A DNA stretch of 64,000 nucleotides from assembly GCA_019058365.1 (NCBI GenBank), contig JAHPZE010000008.1:32001-96000 (forward strand), in the 5' to 3' direction. This document shows positions 59,310 through 64,000 of the stretch, in pieces. The number at the start of each line of letters is the position of its first letter. The stretch's first letter is position 1. A model generated the notes under the pieces. That model worked only from the letters and a program-made list of their open reading frames with translations, had not been told where the DNA came from and searched no databases. The position numbers and the translations under genes were made by a program. The stretch comes from Promethearchaeota archaeon (GTDB lineage Archaea > Asgardarchaeota > Lokiarchaeia > Sigyniarchaeales > SOKP01).

Positions 59310-59516
59310 ATTTTTTTAACCTATTAATTGTAGATTTCAATTTATTTCATTTTTTATTTAAATAACTAATGAAAAGAGTTAAAAAAAGTTTAGATAAAAA
59401 TACAATTTTCAATCTACAATTTGTCAACATAATTTTAAATAAAATGTAAAATATTTTCTTTTACTTAAAATTATAATTCCTATAACCCCCTTAATTAAAA
59501 AGGAGGGCAAAATAAA

Positions 59517-60719
59517 ATGGTTGATATAAGTGATATTAGAAATATTGCAGTTATTGGAGCAGGTGTACAAGGACATAAAATAGCTCAAGTTGCTTTGATG
59601 GCTGGGTTTGATAAGGTTATTCTTAATAGTAGAACAATGCAATCGATTGAAAGAGCAGTAGATCAGATAATTAATAGTAAATCTGTAGGTTTAAAATTAC
59701 TTGAATCTAAGGGGCTTTTGAAAGAAGATCAAACTACTGAAATCCTAATGAGTAAATTGGTTAAAGAAACTGACTTAAAGAAAGCAGTACAAGATGCAGA
59801 TTTTGTAATTGAAGCTGTACCAGAAATTTTAAAATTAAAACAAGAGATTTTTAAAAAAATGGGAGAATTTTCACCAGATGAAACAATCTTAGTTTCTGAT
59901 ACATCAACAATGAGTATTACAAAAATAGGAGAATCCTCCGGAAGACCCGAGAGAGTAATGGGGATGCATTTTTTTAGCCCAATGGGAAGCACACTAATTG
60001 AGATTACAAGAGGAGCCGAAACATCTGATAAAACTATGGATATCGGATATAATATTGCTAAAAGATTACCTTGTGAAATGGGAGAAAGAATGGTTATTAG
60101 ACTTGAAAAAGAGTCACCTGGATTTGTAGTAAATAGAGTGATAGGTACTGGAGAAGTATATTTCAAATGGGTTATTGAACAAGCTACTAAGCGGGGGATT
60201 CCTTATGAGCAGGTTGATGCTGATGTCATTAAATTGATGCCTATGGGTTGTTGTTTAATGTGTGATATCATGGGTATAGATACAGTCTATAATTCAATGA
60301 AATATTTTGCTTCAACTTTATCATCTGATTTTGCACCTAGTCCTGTTTTTAAAAATTTAATTGAACAAGGGTGTAAAGGAAAGAAATCTGGTAAAGGATT
60401 TTATGACTGGTCCAAAGGTAAACCAATAATAAATAGAAAGAAAAAAGCTGGTCTCATGGATGTTAAAATAGTTGCAGCAATACATTTAAATGAAGGATGC
60501 AAGCTTCTTGAAGAAGGAATTGTAGATAATTATGAAATCATTGACGATGCAGTCTCTGCTGGATATCATATCCCAGGTCCGTTCAAAGTAGGAAAAAGAT
60601 GGTATAAAAGGCTTTCAAAACTATTAGAATCATTCGCTGAAAAAGCTAATTTAGAATATCTTAAACCTTGTGATCTAATGAAATCTGGAGAATTTCGTAA
60701 GATGAGTAGATCCAGCTAA
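59517..60719 (+). CDS. 3-hydroxyacyl-CoA dehydrogenase family protein
   Basis: IAVIGAG.QG..IA, EAVPE...LK, SDTST, GMHFF, PGFVVNR, G.KSGKGFY; duplicated C-terminal domain. Confidence 0.92.
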   Translation: MVDISDIRNIAVIGAGVQGHKIAQVALMAGFDKVILNSRTMQSIERAVDQIINSKSVGLKLLESKGLLKEDQTTEILMSKLVKETDLKKAVQDADFVIEAVPEILKLKQEIFKKMGEFSPDETILVSDTSTMSITKIGESSGRPERVMGMHFFSPMGSTLIEITRGAETSDKTMDIGYNIAKRLPCEMGERMVIRLEKESPGFVVNRVIGTGEVYFKWVIEQATKRGIPYEQVDADVIKLMPMGCCLMCDIMGIDTVYNSMKYFASTLSSDFAPSPVFKNLIEQGCKGKKSGKGFYDWSKGKPIINRKKKAGLMDVKIVAAIHLNEGCKLLEEGIVDNYEIIDDAVSAGYHIPGPFKVGKRWYKRLSKLLESFAEKANLEYLKPCDLMKSGEFRKMSRSS

Positions 60720-60811
60720 AAAGAATTATTGTTTAATATTTAAAAATGAAAATTAATAATTCAGTATCTGTGTTATTTTATCATAATTCCGCTCTCTTTA
60801 GTAGAGAATAA

Positions 60812-60873
60812 AGTATGAATTTAAGTGATATTGAATAAATATTATAAAAATCTTTTTAAACTCTATTTTTTTT
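60812..60873 (+). repeat. Copy of the MFS 3' tail and spacer in front of the intact sirtuin
   Basis: gtatgaatttaagtgatattgaataa.tatta.aaaaatctttttaaa.tctatt matches 57423-57483. Confidence 0.8.
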
Positions 60874-61641
60874 ATGTTTTTTATGAATTTTGAAGAAAAA
60901 ATTGATTTAGCTGCTAAATGGATAGCTGAATCAGAGCGATTGGTGGTCTTTACTGGTGCTGGAATTTCTACTGATAGTGGATTACCAGATTATAGAGGCC
61001 CAGATGGCGTTTGGACTCGTCGTGATAAGGGATTACCACCCCCTAAGTCAAAAGTTGCATGGGATCAAGTGAAACCGAATCCTAATCATCATGCAATTGT
61101 AGAGTTAATGAAAATGGGAAAGCTTAATTATCTAATTTCCCAAAATGTAGATGGATTACATGCTAAATCAGGGATTCCTTTTGATATATTAGCCGAACTT
61201 CATGGGAATCAATTTTTCATGAAATGTTTATCATGTAATAAAAAAATGTTATTCGAAGAAGCTAGTTGGGACAAAGATGTATGGGGTCCAGGATATAGAA
61301 CACATCCAGTTCGAGAAGGTCAGCCAAAATGCCCCTTCTGTGAAGGAAGAATAATTTCGAGTATTGTTAATTTCGGTGATCCATTACCATATGACGAACT
61401 CGAAGAATCGATACAACGATCTCAAAATTCTGATGTGTTTTTTGTAATTGGGTCATCCTTAGTAGTTACACCTGCAGCAAATATGCCAGGGATTGCAAAA
61501 CAAAATGGTGCTAAACTGATTCTTTTAAATAAAGGTGATACTCCTTATGATCACGCAGCAGATATAAGGTTTGATAACTTAATTGAAGAAGTACTCCCAC
61601 CAATAATGGAAAAGGTAAAAGAAATAGTAAATAAAAATTAA
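60874..61641 (+). CDS. NAD-dependent deacylase (sirtuin) with SIRT6/7-like signatures
   Basis: GAGISTDSGLPDYRGPDGVWT, SQNVDGLH, LAELHGN, CLSC...CPFC, GSSL.V.PAA. Confidence 0.93.
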   Translation: MFFMNFEEKIDLAAKWIAESERLVVFTGAGISTDSGLPDYRGPDGVWTRRDKGLPPPKSKVAWDQVKPNPNHHAIVELMKMGKLNYLISQNVDGLHAKSGIPFDILAELHGNQFFMKCLSCNKKMLFEEASWDKDVWGPGYRTHPVREGQPKCPFCEGRIISSIVNFGDPLPYDELEESIQRSQNSDVFFVIGSSLVVTPAANMPGIAKQNGAKLILLNKGDTPYDHAADIRFDNLIEEVLPPIMEKVKEIVNKN

Positions 61642-61692
61642 TAATTTATTGCTCTGTTTTATTTTTTTTTATTATATGATGTGATATTTTCA

Positions 61693-61830
61693 ATGAGAAC
61701 AATAGATGAAAGTCAGATAAAAAAGATAAAAGAATTTATTTTTAAAAATGGTAGACTCCTTGAAAGAAAATTATTTTCATCAAATGAATCCAAATGTAAA
61801 GAGTTCGTATGCTTTTTTAAAAGAATATAA
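61693..61830 (+). pseudogene. Probable truncated gene fragment (45 aa)
   Basis: MRTIDESQIKKIKEFIFKNGRLLERKLF then an early stop; looks like the N-terminus of a longer protein. Confidence 0.35.
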
Positions 61831-61858
61831 TGTTGAACTGTTTGACGGGCGGATTAGT

Positions 61859-61924
61859 TAAAGAAATCCTAATATCCAAAGAAGTAAAGAAATCCTAATA
61901 TCCAAAGAAGTAAAGAAATCCTAA
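61859..61924. repeat. Perfect 26-bp tandem repeat, 2.5 copies
   Basis: TAAAGAAATCCTAATATCCAAAGAAG twice plus TAAAGAAATCCTAA. Confidence 0.95.
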
Positions 61925-61936
61925 ACCTTAATCTAC

Positions 61937-62260
61937 TCATTTCAATACTCCTATCCATTTTAAAAATCTGAAAACAAGAATTCCAATTAGTATAATACAT
62001 ATCAGAATATCTGTAATTGTTAACAAATCGGTGCTTGCTAGTAAAAATATTCCTAATAACCATCCAATGATATAAGAAGTTGCCCAGTGAGGCATTTCTA
62101 GAATAAGAATTATTATGCCAACTATGCTTGATATATCAAAGATCCAAATGAAATCTCTTAAATCTGTACTGGCAAAAATGGATATAATTATTGGAGGTAT
62201 TATTCCCACAACTATTTCCGAGATAGCTGCATCAGCACTTTCATCAAACTTACTAGACAT
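61937..62260 (-). CDS. Small membrane protein
   Basis: 107 aa with about four hydrophobic segments. Confidence 0.6.
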   Translation of the reverse strand: MSSKFDESADAAISEIVVGIIPPIIISIFASTDLRDFIWIFDISSIVGIIILILEMPHWATSYIIGWLLGIFLLASTDLLTITDILICIILIGILVFRFLKWIGVLK

Positions 62261-62382
62261 GATTATGAAACACTCTTTAAATTTTATAAAACTGGGATTT
62301 TGATAATAATATAAGAAATAGAAGATATTAATGTTATTGAAGTGGAAATGGATTTAAAACTACATAAAAAAGAGAAAAAATC

Positions 62383-62580
62383 ATGAAGCAAAAATTAAAC
62401 ACACTTGATTTAGAATTTTTATTTACATATTATGACGATCTCAGAAGTGATCATTTTGAAGCAAGAACAAAATTTAAGAAATTCATATTATCTCTTAGGA
62501 TCAAACACTTGAAGAAGATCATAGATAAAGCTGTAAGTAAAGGAGAACCTCTTCCTTATTTATTTATAGTTTTTGTTTAA
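62383..62580 (+). CDS. Small hypothetical protein
   Basis: 65-aa ATG ORF; no motif recognised. Confidence 0.45.
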   Translation: MKQKLNTLDLEFLFTYYDDLRSDHFEARTKFKKFILSLRIKHLKKIIDKAVSKGEPLPYLFIVFV

Positions 62581-62693
62581 TTTTTAGATTAGATTTTAAA
62601 ATAAAAAAAAATTTTAACTAAGTCATATTTATATATAAAAATGATTTTCCAGATGCATGAGTTTCGTGCAATAATCCCAACCCTGTGTTTGAC

Positions 62694-64000
62694 ATGAGCG
62701 AAGAAAAACTAGCAATACATAAAAGAAAAGTAGAAGCGATCTCTGAAATGGTTAGAAATGCGTACGATAACGCGAAGCCGGGGGAATATTTCTCTCTAAA
62801 AAAGGCGAGCGTTTCCCACATGGCTCCACAGCCGGATAATCCGATCTATAGTGACAAGCCGATAGACGTGAAGTCACTTACAGACATTATTGAGATAAAC
62901 ACGGATACAAGGACGTGTATTGCAGAAGCAGGGGTTACTTTTGTTAGGCTTGCAAGAGAAACCTTAAAGTATGGGCTCGTACCGCAATGTGTTTCCGAGC
63001 TCAAGGGAATCACGATAGGCGGGGTAGTAGCAGGATGTTCAGTTGAATCCATGTCTTTCAAGTATGGGGGATTTTTCGATTCCTGTGAAGAAATAGAGAT
63101 TGTGACAGGAACAGGTGACATAATGTTATGCACGAAAAGTGATAACCATGAAATATTCGAGATGCTGCACGGGAGTTTCGGCACGATTGCAATCATCACG
63201 CTCCTGAAGTTCAGACTCGTTCCAGCAAAAGAGTGCGTCCGCATCGATTACATCCGTTACGAAACTTTTAGTGAATACATGGAAGCTATCAAGCAACACT
63301 ACGAAAAGCAGGATATAGAAATGATGGACGGGCTTATCTTCTCCGAGAATATGAACGTACTCTGCGTTGCCAGCTTCGTTGATGAGGAGGAAGCTCCTTA
63401 CAAGAGTAAATATTTCTACGATATTTATTACAAAAGTGCGATGAAAAAAAAACGAGACTTCCTCTTCACCATAGATTATTTTTTCAGGTATGATGCAGAT
63501 TGCCACTGGTCGATACGGAATGTTGCTGGAGGAATTTTTGAGAATAAAGTAGTCCGGTGGTTAGTAGGGCCCTTTATACTTGGATCGACAAATATTCTTA
63601 AGATCAGCGAACGATTGCCATTTTTAACTAAGAATGGGGGAGAACCGGATGTGATTGTTGATGTCTTCATACCAATCACTCACGCGGAAGAATTTTTCAA
63701 TTGGTACCTGGAGTTATTTGATTACTTCCCGGTTTGGATCGTCCCTTACCGCATGCAAAAAAACAAACTAGATGGGTACAAGTTCTACCCATGGATCAAT
63801 CAAGACATGGTCGCTCCCATCGAGGATGAACTATTCATAGATTTTGCCATCTACGGGTTCGAGCAAAAAAGAAAGGGATTTAACTTCTATAAAGCGCTAG
63901 AAGAAAAGGTTCATGAGCTCAGGGGAATGAAAACCCTGATAACTCACAATTTCTACGAGGAAGACTTGTTCTGGAAGGTATATAACAAGAAATTATACGA
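62694..64000 (+). CDS. FAD-binding oxidoreductase, Delta24-sterol reductase (DHCR24)/TmsA-like, partial (runs off right end)
   Basis: Open frame from ATG 62694: AEAGVTF..L...TL.YGLVP..VSELKGITIGG.VAGCSVESMSFKYGGFFD...EIVTGTG...HGSFGT...DYFFRYD...DVFIP...PVWIVP; missed by the ORF track. Confidence 0.85.
   Translation, partial: MSEEKLAIHKRKVEAISEMVRNAYDNAKPGEYFSLKKASVSHMAPQPDNPIYSDKPIDVKSLTDIIEINTDTRTCIAEAGVTFVRLARETLKYGLVPQCVSELKGITIGGVVAGCSVESMSFKYGGFFDSCEEIEIVTGTGDIMLCTKSDNHEIFEMLHGSFGTIAIITLLKFRLVPAKECVRIDYIRYETFSEYMEAIKQHYEKQDIEMMDGLIFSENMNVLCVASFVDEEEAPYKSKYFYDIYYKSAMKKKRDFLFTIDYFFRYDADCHWSIRNVAGGIFENKVVRWLVGPFILGSTNILKISERLPFLTKNGGEPDVIVDVFIPITHAEEFFNWYLELFDYFPVWIVPYRMQKNKLDGYKFYPWINQDMVAPIEDELFIDFAIYGFEQKRKGFNFYKALEEKVHELRGMKTLITHNFYEEDLFWKVYNKKLY

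Noticed and set aside
61859-61924. 26-bp repeat as a CRISPR array
   Set aside because: Copies are head-to-tail with no spacers, and no cas genes are in the window
327-62303. Numerous 60-145-aa ORFs nested in or antisense to recognised genes (e.g. 327, 3438, 11471, 34834, 52000, 57861, 59729)
   Set aside because: No motifs; typical shadows of well-supported CDS
62618-63679. Four minus-strand ORFs in the track (62618, 62846, 63126, 63476)
   Set aside because: Antisense shadows of the long plus-strand oxidoreductase frame

Overview
AT-rich (~28-30% GC by eye) archaeal chromosomal segment, very probably an Asgard archaeon of the Lokiarchaeia. The evidence is an actin-family gene, three Rab-like small GTPases, a longin-like protein, an Rpn11-like MPN protein, an SDS22-type LRR protein and an IPGY-TM-basic (Loki-CTERM-type) surface anchor. 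About 55 CDS: housekeeping and metabolic genes (guaB, purH, folD, thrC-like, comDE, ggt, prenyl synthase, archaeal SF2 helicase, DRG-type GTPase, fatty-acid/CoA enzymes, transporters) mixed with eukaryote-like proteins. I found no rRNA, tRNA, CRISPR array or transposase. Highlights: (1) an actin with a ~125-aa double zinc-ribbon insert and substituted hydrolysis residues; (2) a regulator module in which a split A+B winged-helix gene pair sits beside a fused AB paralogue, with a shared TTCATGAA operator palindrome and a divergent ABC exporter; (3) SSUH2-like, SIRT6/7-like, MPN-TPR and HEAT+PCI/UFL1-like candidate eukaryotic signature proteins; (4) a thrC-wHTH gene that can only start at a non-canonical codon, probably ATT; (5) several gene-tail duplication/deletion scars; (6) two candidate structured RNAs; (7) a GC-richer DHCR24/TmsA-like oxidoreductase running off the right end. 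All family calls come from motif recognition by eye; no searches were run.
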